Below, in pieces: positions 21,241 through 33,367 of a stretch of DNA of 35,959 bases; the first letter of the stretch is position 1; each line of letters begins with the position of its first letter. Below the pieces are notes generated by a model, which saw nothing but the letters and a program-made list of their open reading frames with translations, was not told the origin of the DNA and searched no databases. The stretch spans positions 47,846,668 through 47,882,626 of the forward strand of contig NC_068983.1 in assembly GCF_001194135.2 (NCBI RefSeq). The letters run 5' to 3'. A program made the translations under genes and the position numbers. The DNA is from Octopus bimaculoides (taxonomy: Eukaryota).

Positions 21241-21751
21241 TTATTTTTTACCAGCCCAGAAGTTAGTCCTTGGAGCATCCAGGGGTAGGAGAGGTGGAGA
21301 GATTGTCACGGGAAAATTCAAATAAACAATTGATGCAATGTTTTTGGTTTCATTGTTTCTATTAGAAATTTTGAACAGAACGAGATCTTTGTTGACATAC
21401 ATAGCATTCCATTTCATAAATTATGGTGTCAATTTATGCAAGTCATGCATTTTAAGTTAATAAGCAAATATTTAAATTATTTTGTCACATGAAGTACTAT
21501 ATATATATATATATATTTTGTGGCCTTATTTACGTTCACTGACTCGGATATCACAGGGATCTGAACGCTTTATATATATCCCAACTTGGATAAAAGGCCT
21601 AACATTTTTAATGAGTGGTTAGTTGACTAACATGATCTCTCATATTTATCAGTCTCGGAATACTGACAGTTAATAATCGACCCTCGCAGGAAATAAACCT
21701 AGAACAAAACAGGCTATAATTACAGATTTGCCATCCAATACTTACGCTAAA

Positions 21752-22102
21752 TATTGGTTTCAAATTTTGCGAACCCTAAAGGATGAATGGCAAACTCGAC
21801 CTCGGTGGAATTTGAACTCAGAAGTTCAGTAAAGAACGATGAAATGCTGCTGAACATTTGTCTGGTATGCAAACAATTCTTGTCTTTTTATTTTTCTACT
21901 CTAGGCACAAGACCGAAATTTTTGGGGAGGGGGGACAGTCGATTAGATCGAGCCAGTATGCAACTGGTACTTAATTTATCGAGCTCCTAAAGGATCAAAG
22001 GCAAAGTCGACCTCGGCAGAATTTGAACTCAGAACATAAAGACAGACGAAATGCCGCTAAGCATTTCGCCCGACGTGCTAATGCTTCTTCCAACTCGCCG
22101 CC
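21752..22102 (-). mobile_element. Two SINE family B copies (one internally deleted, one full length)
   Basis: Reverse-complement core at about 21795 and 22007. Confidence 0.88.
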
Positions 22103-22354
22103 CTACTTGAACTAAATGTTAGAGGCCTCTTACATGTGGCCGAATTCGTTTCGCATGAATTCTGCTTTGATTTCCGTTTTAAAATTTCTCATCACCTCGG
22201 CATGGCATGAACATTCTATAACCTCAGTTGATCCTCTTCCCTACTAATAGCAATGTTCCTCTAGCATCTTTGATAATTTCCTTTTATGGATTAATGTTCC
22301 ATCAATATCACTTTCGATACACAATGGTTGTGATACAATGTATATTTATCCGTT

Positions 22355-22766
22355 GTCTTTAGCTCGTTTCAGTCTTTAGACCGCGGCCATGCTGTAGCAC
22401 ATACTTGAAGGGTTTTAGTGGAATAAATCGATTCCAGTTTTTCTGGGGTTTTTTTTCGAGTCTGATACTGAGCCGTTAGATAACAGGGACATAAACAAAC
22501 TAGCACCTGCTATCAAATGATTGAGATACATAGTGACAAAATCACACTTACAGAATGATATATATAGAAACACACACACACGCATATATGTGAGAGAGAG
22601 TGGGGTGAAAGAAGAGTGGCTTACACAGTTTCCGTCTGCCAAATCATTCACAGAACATTAATTGGATCGCGGCTATAAGAGAAGACACTTGCCCAATGTG
22701 CCGCGCAGTGAGACAGAACTGGAAGCCAGGTGATTGCAAAGAGGGCTTCTTAACCATGACTGCGCC
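22355..22766 (-). mobile_element. SINE family C, near full length
   Basis: GACCGCGGCCATGCTG...GAAGACACTTGCCCAATGTGCCGCGCAGTGAGAC...CTGCGCC. Confidence 0.8.
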
Positions 22767-23159
22767 TATGGTGTACGTATATTTTCGTTTTTAATAAACG
22801 TGTACACACACATACAGCGGTATGATTAGCGTGTGAGTAAACAGATAAAGAAAGGTAACTCTGAATTTCAAAATCAGTTTAAACAGGGAGTAAAATGTAA
22901 TAATTGTCCCTCTTGAATCTATTTTTAATCTGACATTTCGAAAGTCCTACGCATATCAAACACTAATATTTCCCTTAGCTGATTCAGCAATTTTGTTTCG
23001 ATTTCACCATGTCATCCAGTGTATCAACATTACAGTCTTTCTTTTTTCTTGTTGGGACATTTTCCCCTTTTTGTAGCCGGCGTTCCAATATTTGCTAGCA
23101 TACGATGCCAAAACTCTATCCCGTTATATCTCCTTTATTTTTTCATGGCGTTTGCTGAT

Positions 23160-23789
23160 CAGTGGCGGCTCGTAGATAAAATTAGTGGAGGTGCTGCTTT
23201 GGAAAATGTTTGGGCCGTTGTTTTGATATTGTATAAAAGGAAACAAACATATAAAAAGATTTATACATAAACTTGATATTTCGCGTTTTAGCCACTGCCA
23301 GGTAGAGTGTTTAATTTGTTCACTGAATACCGCCGCAAATTTCCCCTTGTTTTTCAAGAAACCCCTAAGTCACAAAATAAGGTGTGTGGGGGTGCACTAT
23401 TTTTCAAATCCTGGCAGCAACACTGAAGCTGGAAGCAGGTTAGTAATCTACTTCTACACGCGGAGTAGAAAAGAACCACTACTTTTCACACGGCACTGTC
23501 ATTCACGCAGTACACTCTTTCCCCAGTGTGAAGCTTCCTATCTCGGACATATGAGCATGTGTACAACAGCCAAACACTGCGTCGCTTGAACTGTGAAGTG
23601 TATAGTTCTATTCAAGGATTTTTGCATTTTTTTCATAAACAAGGGGATGGCTACTGACATTAAGCTTAAGGATTATATAATGTACAAATATAAAGAAAAA
23701 AAATTAAAGAAAAAAAGGACTCATTACATTATCAATACTATCGAGTGGAAATAGGGGGTGCTGCAGTTCCTTTACACGAGCCGCCACTG
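23160..23789. mobile_element. Intact 630-bp non-autonomous hAT element (MITE)
   Basis: Perfect 14-bp TIRs CAGTGGCGGCTCGT (23160-23173) and ACGAGCCGCCACTG (23776-23789), and perfect 8-bp TSD TTGCTGAT (23152-23159, 23790-23797). Confidence 0.93.
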
Positions 23790-24076
23790 TTGCTGATATT
23801 GATCTTAAGATATTCAGGCTGGATATCAATGTCATGCATTGGTCTGTAATTAAACAATGTAATAGCTCCATAATTTTCAATGGCTGCCGGGAATATATCG
23901 TTTACAAAATATACGCCTAAATGCCCTGTTAAAATGGTGCTTTAATGTCTAAATAAGAACTGAAATGAAACGGGCATACACACGCGCGCAAACATACACA
24001 CAAGCACATAGACTGACACACGTGTGTGTATTTGTATGTGCGTGTATACATATACATGTATTCATATCAGTTTGTA

Positions 24077-24132
<56 letters not shown>

Positions 24133-24154
24133 GAGGGAGAGAGAGAGAGAGAGG

Positions 24155-24550
24155 GGCGCAGGAGTATCTGTGTGGTATAAGAGTGGCTGTGTGCTAAGTA
24201 GCACACAGGTTCCGGGTTCAGTCCCACTGCGTGGCACCTTGGGCAAGTGTCTTCTACTATAACCTCGGGCCGACCAAAGCCTTGTGAGTGAATTTGTAGA
24301 CGGAAACTGAAAGAAACCTGTCGTATATGTGTGTGTATGTTTGTGTGTGTGTGTGTTTGTCCCCCCACCATCGCTTGACAACCGATGTTGGTGTGTTTAC
24401 GTCCCAGTAACTTAGCGGTTCGGCAAAAGAGAACGATAGAATAAGGACCATGGTTACAAAGAATGTCCTGGGGATCGATTTGTTTATCTAAAAGCGCTGC
24501 TCCAGCATGGCCGCAGTCAAATGACTGAACCAAATGAAAGAATAAAAGAA
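24155..24550 (+). mobile_element. SINE family C, full length
   Basis: GGCGCAGGAG..TGTGTGGT head, GGGTTCAGTCCCACTGCGTGGCACCTTGGGCAAGTGTCTTC, internal (GT)n, and AAAGAATAAAAGAA tail. Confidence 0.92.
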
Positions 24551-25014
24551 TATGTATGTATGTATGCATGCATGTATGTATATATGTATGTATGTATGTA
24601 TGAGTTTGCGTGTGAAAATTTAATTGTTTAACAATAGGTTCTCATTCTACCATATTCTAGCGCATGGTTCAGTTTTCAGTTGCAGCCATTATTGAAACAA
24701 CAGAAATCTTGTTTATACTCCCAGAATATCTATCTAATCTTAGCTTTGAAATGAATTGAGCTGTGGAGGATAATGGGTTCCGCTCAGATACATATCGAAA
24801 CGCTTGCTGCCTATTCGAACGCACAATCATTGAACTAGTTACCGTATACTGCTAACACGCACACACACGCTAACACACACACACTCGCACACGCTAACAT
24901 ACACTACACCATCGCTTTCAGTTAGAAGCATAAATATAAATAAATAGGCATTCTAGAAATATCTACGAAATATCTATTCATCCATGCATTCTTAATGTAT
25001 CGGAATTTACCTGC

Positions 25015-25245
25015 GCCCACATGTGTGTGTTCACGTGCGCGCGTATATGTGTGAGTGCGCGTACATGTGTATACATATGTGTGCGTGTAAATGTGTGCAC
25101 GTAAGTGTGTGTGTATATATGCATGTGTGTGTATGCATACGTAAGTGTCTGTGTAGGTATGCATGTGTGTGCACGTGTGTATGTGTGCATATATGTATGT
25201 GCATGGATATGTGTTAGTGTGTGTGAGCATATGTATGTATATATG
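25015..25245. repeat. Degenerate (GT/AT/GC) dinucleotide tract
   Basis: Direct read. Confidence 0.85.
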
Positions 25246-25679
25246 ATTCTATTATTATGTTAATCTAAAATAAAATCTTATGTTAAGAGCTAATCATAGG
25301 CAATGTATCGAAACGTTCGTAAACGTATTTCCTTAATAATGACTTTTAGGTTTCATACATAAAACTGAGCTGTTGTTTAATTCAGTTTATACTCTCTCTC
25401 ACTCTGAGGAAAGCAACGTTCACTTCCCCCACCGTGAAAGCCTAATTCTAGCTTTCTGAGTCAGATTTATACTTCCATTGACTTATTTTAGTACAATGAA
25501 TGCATATGTACATAAGTATGTTTCTTTATTTGCGTCTCTCCGTCTGTGTTTGAATTAGCGTTTCGTGAAATACTGATTTATAAAATAATTAATTACCTGA
25601 CTGCAATATGTAATCTGGTTGATATGATTATCAACTAAGACGCGCGACGAGGGTTCCACTAGCATGGCTACAATTGCAG

Positions 25680-25790
25680 ATACACACACACGCGCATATT
25701 AAATGTACTTTTATGTATCTGAGTATACAGGCGTATATATATATATATATGTGTATGTATATATATGTATATATATATATAAATAAATAA

Positions 25791-25855
<65 letters not shown>
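25680..25855. repeat. Compound (AT)n-rich microsatellite
   Basis: Direct read. Confidence 0.85.
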
Positions 25856-25857
<2 letters not shown>

Positions 25858-26196
25858 GGCCATGATGAAATACCACAAGGTATAGAAAATACGTATTCGC
25901 CTTTATATATTTAATCCTTTATATTGAATACTCAATATTTCATATATTCAATAAGACATTCGATACTTCATTTCAATGTACCATCCATTTTTATATTATA
26001 TATATATTCCATATTCTATATCCCACATTAATTTTACAAGAATATAAATAAAACAGAGAGTTGGAACTCTTTTAAATAANNNNNNNNNNATTTTACAAGA
26101 ATATAAATAAAACAGAGAGTTGGAACTCTTTTAAATAAAATAATATATTCCTCTATACACGATCATACAAAACCCCTTTTTTGTATTTATTTATAC

Positions 26197-26399
26197 TCAT
26201 ATATATATATATATATATATGTGTGTATATATATATGCATGTGTGTGTATGTATGTGTATATATATGTGTGTGTGTGTTTGTGTGTCTGTGTGGACATAT
26301 ATACCTGTATATGCATGCATACATGCGTACAGTCACTATATACGTATGTGTGTGTACATATATGCGTATGCTTGCATACGTACGTATACCCATGTATAT

Positions 26400-26439
<40 letters not shown>

Positions 26440-26475
26440 TATATATATTTATATATATATGTTTGTGTATGTATA
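26197..26475. repeat. Compound (AT)/(GT) microsatellite
   Basis: Direct read. Confidence 0.9.
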
Positions 26476-26954
26476 CATGCACCAATACGACTTTGTTATT
26501 CTGCATAATCATGCAGTGAAATCATTAATTTACCTGTGTACTCACGCAGCCTCCTGTGTGAATGTACAGGTTACCTTTCAACCTTGAACTACCGAAAGAC
26601 ATATCTAACCATATATGTTAAAAGTAACAGCAGTTTGACATCTGTGCTGCTTATTACTTTGGTTATTGAATTTTACTTTGCTAGCTTTTCAATTTACACA
26701 CTATTTCTATAGAACCCCCAATTGTCTGCAATATTAACCCATAACCCGACCTGTAAAATTACTACGATTTATGTTTGCAACCAAGTGAGATATACTATTT
26801 GACAGTTAATTATTACTTGCCCGAATCTCGGTACAACGTTCGGGATTACTATATTCAGTTTATTGTAGGATTCACCCAAATGCTGCATTATCTGAGATTG
26901 ATTCTTAAATCTACGATAAGTTTACATCTACCTTTTTCTATATTTTTAGAGCTG

Positions 26955-27162
26955 TAAGGCAGCGATCTGGCAAGAACGTTAGCACGCCGGGCGAAATGCA
27001 TAGCAGTATTTCGTCTGTCTTTACGTTCTGAGTTCAAATTCCGCCGAGGTCGACATTGCCTTTCAACCTTTCGGGGTCGATAGATTAAATACCAGATTAG
27101 TATTGGGGCTACTGTAATCGAATATCCCCTCCCCCAAATTATGCTTATAATAGAAAAGAATA
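26955..27162 (+). mobile_element. SINE family B, full length
   Basis: TAAGGCAGCGATCTGGC...GCACGCCGGGCGAAATGC...GAGTTCAAATTCCGCCGAGGTCGAC. Confidence 0.9.
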
Positions 27163-27174
27163 TTTTTAGATTTG

Positions 27175-27545
27175 TAATTGGTTCAGTCATCGATTTGATC
27201 GACCCTAGTTCTTATTTCGTATTTTTGGTCAAGTCTGGTGCTTATTCCATCGAATGTCTTATTCGCGAACTGCTAAGTCACGAGGACTTAAGCTAACACC
27301 GATTGTCAAGCAGCGTGGAGACATAAACAAAGACTCTTATAGATACATAGAAACACTCACTCACTCATACAAATATATATGTGACAGGATTCCATACAGT
27401 TTCTACCTACCAAGTTCACTCAGAAAGTTGTCGTTGACCCGAGGCTATAGTGGAAGATATCTGCCCAAAACGCTGCGCAGTGGGACTGAAGCCGAAAGCA
27501 AATGGGTGTAAAGCGATCTTCTTAAACGGACAACTATTGCTGCAC
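27175..27545 (-). mobile_element. SINE family C, diverged
   Basis: CGATTTGATCGACCC...GAACTGCTAAGTCACGAGG...GACCCGAGGCTATAGTGGAAG...GCGCAGTGGGACTGAA. Confidence 0.75.
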
Positions 27546-28255
27546 CAATAAATTGTGAAACTTTGTTCATATTTTGAAATATATCGAGAACAATCCTCTC
27601 CGCCTGAAAGAATTACTCTTTGACTGCAAATTCACATATATACTTATGAACATACTAATATATTCTCTTATATACGTATTAGGATACAGACTAACTTGTA
27701 TATTCCCACACGCTTATGCAGAGTCACTCGCATATGCTAAACCCATTCGTAATCAGCCAATCGTCATGCATGCACACATATGCACAATCTATATGCGCAC
27801 ATCTAATTGCATAAACAAGTATGCTCACATTTAGTTACACACAGACATAGATAATAACTAAAATGTGGTATGCATACATATATACATTTGAATTTATCTT
27901 GCTAAATCTACTCCATAGCGAGCCATAAATACTATCTCTTAATAACGTAAAGAAAAAAGTCTGACTATCTCATAAAATTGCTGGGATTCGTCAAATTGGT
28001 AAAACATTTCTTGCTACTATAGTAAGATTTCAGACATTAATCCATCTGTCGTAAACCTAGAAAGAAATGCAAGTCACTGACTTATATGCGATTTAAAACA
28101 AATTTCAAAAGTTATATTTTAAAAGTGTTTTCGTTATGTCATTCCTTAGATTCCTCATGGCACTAAATCAATTTATGTTTCCTTATTGAAACTGTTAGCT
28201 ACATAGTTCAAAGACTGTAATAATACCAATACTTACCATAACTTATTTGCAAATG

Positions 28256-28471
28256 CAAGCGGTGAACTGGCATAAACGTTTGCACGCCGGGCGAAATGCT
28301 TAGCCGTATTTCGTCTGTCTTTACGTTGTGAGTTCAAATTCCGCCGAGATCGACTTTGCCTTTCATCCTTCCGGGGTCGATAAATTAAGTACCAGTTGCG
28401 TGCTGGAGTCGATCTAATCGACTGTCCCGTCCCCTAAAGTCTCGGGATTTGTGCCTAGAGTAAAAAAGAAT
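28256..28471 (+). mobile_element. SINE family B, full length with 13-bp TSD
   Basis: Perfect TSD TTATTTGCAAATG at 28243-28255 and 28472-28484. Confidence 0.93.
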
Positions 28472-28581
28472 TTATTTGCAAATGATATAGCTGTCTGTTT
28501 AAAACAATTATTTTCAAAAAGGAGAATAATCTGCGGACGTCGTTGTTATCGTCGTCGATTTTGGCTAGTCCTATTTCTTGT

Positions 28582-28769
28582 CTTTTCTTTTATCTTTTAC
28601 TTGTTTTAGTCATTGGTCTGTGATCATGCTGGGGCATCACTTTCAACTATTTATTCGAGAAAATCGACACCAATGCTAATTCTATCGACCTTATTACTGA
28701 ACCATAAAGTCACAGAGATTTAAACAAACCAACACCTGGTGTCAAGCGGTAGTGGAGACAAATGCAAAG

Positions 28770-28804
<35 letters not shown>

Positions 28805-28953
28805 CATACATACACACGATGGACTTCCAGACAATTTCCGCCTAACAAAGTTACTTACATGTCGTTGGTTGACACGGCCCTATAGTAGAAGACACTTTCT
28901 CAATGAGCGTTGTTTGATAACCAGGAACCGTATGGTCGCAAGCGCACAGCCAT
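28582..28953 (-). mobile_element. SINE family C, diverged
   Basis: TCTTTTATCTTTTACTTG...AAAATCGACACC...TGTCAAGCGGT...(CA)n...CTATAGTAGAAGACAC. Confidence 0.78.
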
Positions 28954-29690
28954 GTTAACACTAACCGAGAAAATCTGGAAGCGAAAGCATTCCATTCCTG
29001 GCCATCACTTTTATTTTTTGTTTGGTTAGAGGTGGATGTAGGATTACATCATCTTACGTATGAGTTGTTCCGTTTCTTGGATTGTGGATAGAGATTTGCG
29101 GTCACGTAACGACTTGAGATTCAGCTGCGATGACTGATAAAGACTGCCATTTTCATACAGTCCTTCGCAGCCAGTCATCGCATAATGAGCGAAAAGGAAG
29201 TGAAGTGATGGAAAGGAAGAGATAAGAAGAAATAAATATCGATTCTCAAGGCGAACAAAGAGCAACGAAAATTGTAAAAATAGAATTATACAAATTTTGC
29301 GTAAATAAACCTGTCTCTTGCGAGTTGTCTGATGTTAAAATTCGAAAAACTTAACCAGTATTTAGGTCGGATATAAACTCTATTGATACATCGAAAATGC
29401 TGGAGAGAACCATCTATAGAAATAATAAAATCAAGACGACGTTTCAATTTAGCTTCATCTGCATCATCTAAATTTGTCTATTTTTGGAAATTGTAAGGAA
29501 ACTACAGCGAGAATACCAGTTGAATGATACTGCACATAACTTATATTTCTTTAAGATTTTCGAGTAGAAGTGAGTTGAGATATTGAACATAGAGGCTAAC
29601 TGACCATAGTTGGAGAAACCTAAGACTCATGATTTAAATTAATCAGAAATATTTTCATGATTAATCGGGATTATCTATCTTGCTTGATAG

Positions 29691-29766
29691 ACTTCAAAGT
29701 CTCATGCAGAACTGCTGTCAACAAGGTCAGTTACACTCAAATCACTTGTTAGCGCCTCAAAAAAGG
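29691..29766 (+). CDS. Candidate exon (unverified)
   Basis: tatcttgcttgatAG/ 76 nt TSKSHAELLSTRSVTLKSLVSASKK /GTAAGA, ending in phase 1. Confidence 0.2.
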
Positions 29767-29842
29767 GTAAGAGAATACTTGAAAATGAGTTAAATATGTA
29801 ACCAATATCGTATTACACTGGATATTTTGCCATTATTTGCAG

Positions 29843-29964
29843 AGAGAAGCTGCTTGTTGATTAAGAGCGTCATCAAAGAACTATATTTCAAACAAATGCA
29901 TTTTGCAAATCAGAAATTGAATATAATTACAAATATTACCGAAAAAAGTCCTAGACGACTCTAA
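29843..29964 (+). CDS. Candidate terminal exon (unverified)
   Basis: attttgccattatttgcAG/ only the phase-1 frame is open (RSCLLIKSVIKELYFKQMHFANQKLNIITNITEKSPRRL*). AATAAA occurs twice at about 30157-30170. Confidence 0.2.
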
Positions 29965-30205
29965 AGTTACAAGATTTCACCGACTGGTTCTGGGAAGTTT
30001 GCAAATGGATTAGAAATAATATAATCAATAACTAATCGTAGTACTTCAGCTATTTAGTGATGAAATCTATATGCCTCGCGGTATCTATTTTACAGTCATG
30101 GACATTTAACCATCTGAGAGTAAATATTACATTGTTCATTAATATAACGTTGTAAAAATAAAAGAATAAAACCATTGAACCGCCGAGTCAGTACGTCGAG
30201 TTTCT

Positions 30206-30573
30206 GTGGAGGCGCAATGGCCCAGTGGTTAGGGCAGCGGATGAACGGTCGTAGGATCGCGGTTTCGATTCCCAGACCGAGCGTTGCGAGTGTTTATTGA
30301 GCGAAAACTTATAAAGCTCCACGAGGCTCTCGCAGGGGTGGTGGCGCACTTTCAACACAACTTTCTCTCACTCTTCCTATTTCTGTCGTACCTGTATTTC
30401 AAAGGGCCAGCCATGTCATACTCTTTATCACGCTGAATCTCCCCGAGAAATTACGTTAAGAGTACACGTGTCTGTGGGGTGCTCAGCCACTTGCACGCTA
30501 ATTGTAAGAGCAGGCTGTTCCGTTTGATCGGATCAACTGGAACCCTCGTCGTCGTAAACGACGCAGTGCCACA
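30206..30573 (+). mobile_element. SINE family A, full length
   Basis: Same head and body as 6245-6631. TSD ACGTCGAGTTTCT (30193-30205) and ACGTCAAATTTCT (30574-30586), 2 mismatches. Confidence 0.9.
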
Positions 30574-30863
30574 ACGTCAAATTTCTATCGACTTGGCTAG
30601 TTGAGATTCTTCAATCCATGGAAATAGAAATCTTCAACATACAAAAGTATTTCAATTATTATTTCTATTAAATACCAACGGAACGAAGCAAAATATATGT
30701 CAGTCGTCGTGGTAGATGGTGTTGTAAAATTTCAGTGCATAACCTGTTACCTACCAGTGATCTCATATGAGATTCACTTAAAAATTACAAATTTCGTAAT
30801 TATCTGTCAATATTTACACATATCTAACCTTTTTGCTATATCTACTAGGTATATTTCTTTGAT

Positions 30864-31220
30864 GTGGAGGAGCAATGGCCCAGTGGTTAGGGCAGCAGAC
30901 TCGCGGTCATAGGATCGCGGTTTCGATTCCCAGACCGGGCGTTGTGAGTGTTAATTGAGCGAAAACACCAAAAGCTCCACGACGCTCCGGCAGGGGATGG
31001 TGGCGAACTGTACTCTTTCTCTCACTTTTACTTCCTGTTTCTGTTGTACCTGTAATTCAAAGGGTCAGCCTTGTCACGCTGAATATCCCCGAGAACTACG
31101 TTAAGAGTACACGTGTCTGTGGAGTGCTCAGCCACTTGCACGTTAATTTCACGAGCAGGCCGTTCCGTTGATCGGATTAACTGGAACCCTCGACGTCGTA
31201 AGCGACGGAGTGCCAACAAC
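30864..31220 (+). mobile_element. SINE family A, full length
   Basis: TSD ATTTCTTTGAT (30853-30863) and ATTTCTCTGAT (31221-31231), 1 mismatch. Confidence 0.92.
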
Positions 31221-31952
31221 ATTTCTCTGATATTCAAATGAGATTTGTTAATTTTTCACCCAATATCTCGCTTGTTTCTATTTAAAATGTTATTTTAAAA
31301 TGTTATTTTGATCATTCCAGCGTGTTTCTAAGGCTGTTTTATGCTAGAAATCAAAGTTTCATAAAACAATTCCAGTTAATAGAATTATGGGAGGTAATGG
31401 GTTAACTGAGTAGAACTATGCAAGACATTTCATTAATATTTAAGGTTCAACATGCTGGTGTTACCTAAATCAAGGAGGTGTTATCTAAGCCTAGAATGTG
31501 TTTGTAAATCTCAAGAAAACGATTGTTGCTGCCTTACTAATCAGTTTATATCAACTCATCTATGCTAGTAATCCTCTTGGGAAAGCCATTAATGCCACAA
31601 CCATGCATTTCCTCTTTTTGTTTTGGTTTGATGTTGTGTGTGTGTGTGTATGCGTGTGTGTAAAATCAATATTGCTCATTTATAATCCGACGGACATTTA
31701 GTTGGGGGTACAATGTTCTTGACAGTTCTAAAGAAATCTATTGTCAGTATTTGTCAGAATCCATAAGCTAGAGTAGAGTGATGCCAAATGTTCATTGATG
31801 ATAAATAAATAAATGAATGAATAAATAAATAAATATCAATTTTGTTTCTGTGTAGATATGACACGTCACGAAAGCTTCGTACGTGATCGATGGGGAGCAC
31901 CTAGCATTTTCAAATTCAGGCTCCAAAGAACCATTTCGAAAGCACAAGTTAT

Positions 31953-32002
<50 letters not shown>

Positions 32003-32476
32003 GCACGCACACANNNNNNNNNNNNNNNNNNNNNNNNNNNNNNNNNNNNNNNNNNNNNNNNNNNNNNNNNNNNNNNNNNNNNNNNNNNNNNNNNNNNNNN
32101 NNNNNNNNNNNNNNNNNNNNNNNNNNNNNNNNNNNNNNNNNNNNNNNNNNNNNNNNNNNNNNNNNNNNNNNNNNNNNNNNNNNNNNNNNNNNNNNNNNNN
32201 NNNNNNNNNNNNNNNNNNNNNNNNNNNNNNNNNNNNNNNNNNNNNNNNNNNNNNNNNNNNNNNNNNNNNNNNNNNNNNNNNNNNNNNNNNNNNNNNNNNN
32301 NNNNNNNNNNNNNNNNNNNNNNNNNNNNNNNNNNNNNNNNNNNNNNNNNNNNNNNNNNNNNNNNNNNNNNNNNNNNNNNNNNNNNNNNNNNNNNNNNNNN
32401 NNNNNNNNNNNNNNNNNNNNNNNNNNNNNNNNNNNNNNNNNNNNNNNNNNNNNNNNNNNNNNNNNNNNNNNNNNNN

Positions 32477-32520
32477 CACACACACACACACCAACACCAA
32501 CACCAACACCAACACCAACA
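32477..32520. repeat. (CA)n grading into (CCAACA)5 hexamer repeat
   Basis: Direct read. Confidence 0.9.
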
Positions 32521-32745
32521 TCTCAAAGAAAAACTTTTATAAGTACAGCTAAAGTAGTATAACAATTCCTTTTCCCTTACATTGTTAATGCAAGTCATAG
32601 GATATTTGAACATCCGATATCTAGTTTCATTATTTGGCTCGATTTCGCCCCTGAAACTCCAATTGTCGAAGGCGATTATACTCACGTAAACCTTCACGAA
32701 GCAAATTCATAAAGAAAGACATTCAAAACATGCCCATCAAATGTA

Positions 32746-32973
32746 TCGGGTTGTCCGGAAAGTTCGTACCGAATTATAGTATCTTACCTTTCGACTTATT
32801 TGCCATGAAACCACCTCAATTCTGGGAAGAGGGTATTTTCAAGTTAAAGGAAAGATGGAGACGCATTGTGCAACAAAATGATTCATATTTGGTTGATTAA
32901 AAATGTAATGGCAAGTATTTATTGACCTTTTCCTTTCCTTTAAAAATCGGCACGAACTTTCCGGACAACCCAA
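32746..32973 (+). mobile_element. Internally deleted mariner element
   Basis: 28-bp TIRs (25/28 identical) at 32746-32773 and 32946-32973, with TA on both sides. Positions 32790-32900 encode FDLFAMKPPQFWEEGIFKLKERWRRIVQQNDSYLVD*, a mariner transposase C-terminus. Confidence 0.92.
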
Positions 32974-33159
32974 TATTTTCAGACATAATGTATTTAAAAG
33001 TAATTACGTAATGCAGCAGTGCGTAATTAGGGTGTGACTTAGGGAGATGTGACTTATCTTTCTAACTCGTTGACTGGCCGTTTAGTAGCTTCTTCACCTT
33101 TTTCTGAAATTCGTAAAGTGATAACTAGTGTTACAGAGAAATTGTGTTATTCTTCTAAA

Positions 33160-33327
33160 CGCCTTTAGTCGAACAAATCGATCCCAGGACTTATTCGTTG
33201 TAAGCCTAGTACTTATTCGCCTATTATTCTATCGGTGTTTTGTTGTCAGACCATTAGTTGTCAAGCGATGGTGGGGGACANNNNNNNNNNNNNNNNNNNN
33301 NNNNNNNNNNNNNNNNNNNNNNNNNNN

Positions 33328-33367
<40 letters not shown>

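Noticed and set aside
23019-23589. 77-83 aa ORFs around and inside the hAT MITE as a transposase
   Set aside because: They show no hAT motifs, and two of them cross the element boundary.
26031-26138. Exact 49-bp direct repeat (26031-26079, 26090-26138)
   Set aside because: It flanks a 10-N gap, which is the signature of overlapping contig ends left unmerged: an assembly artefact.
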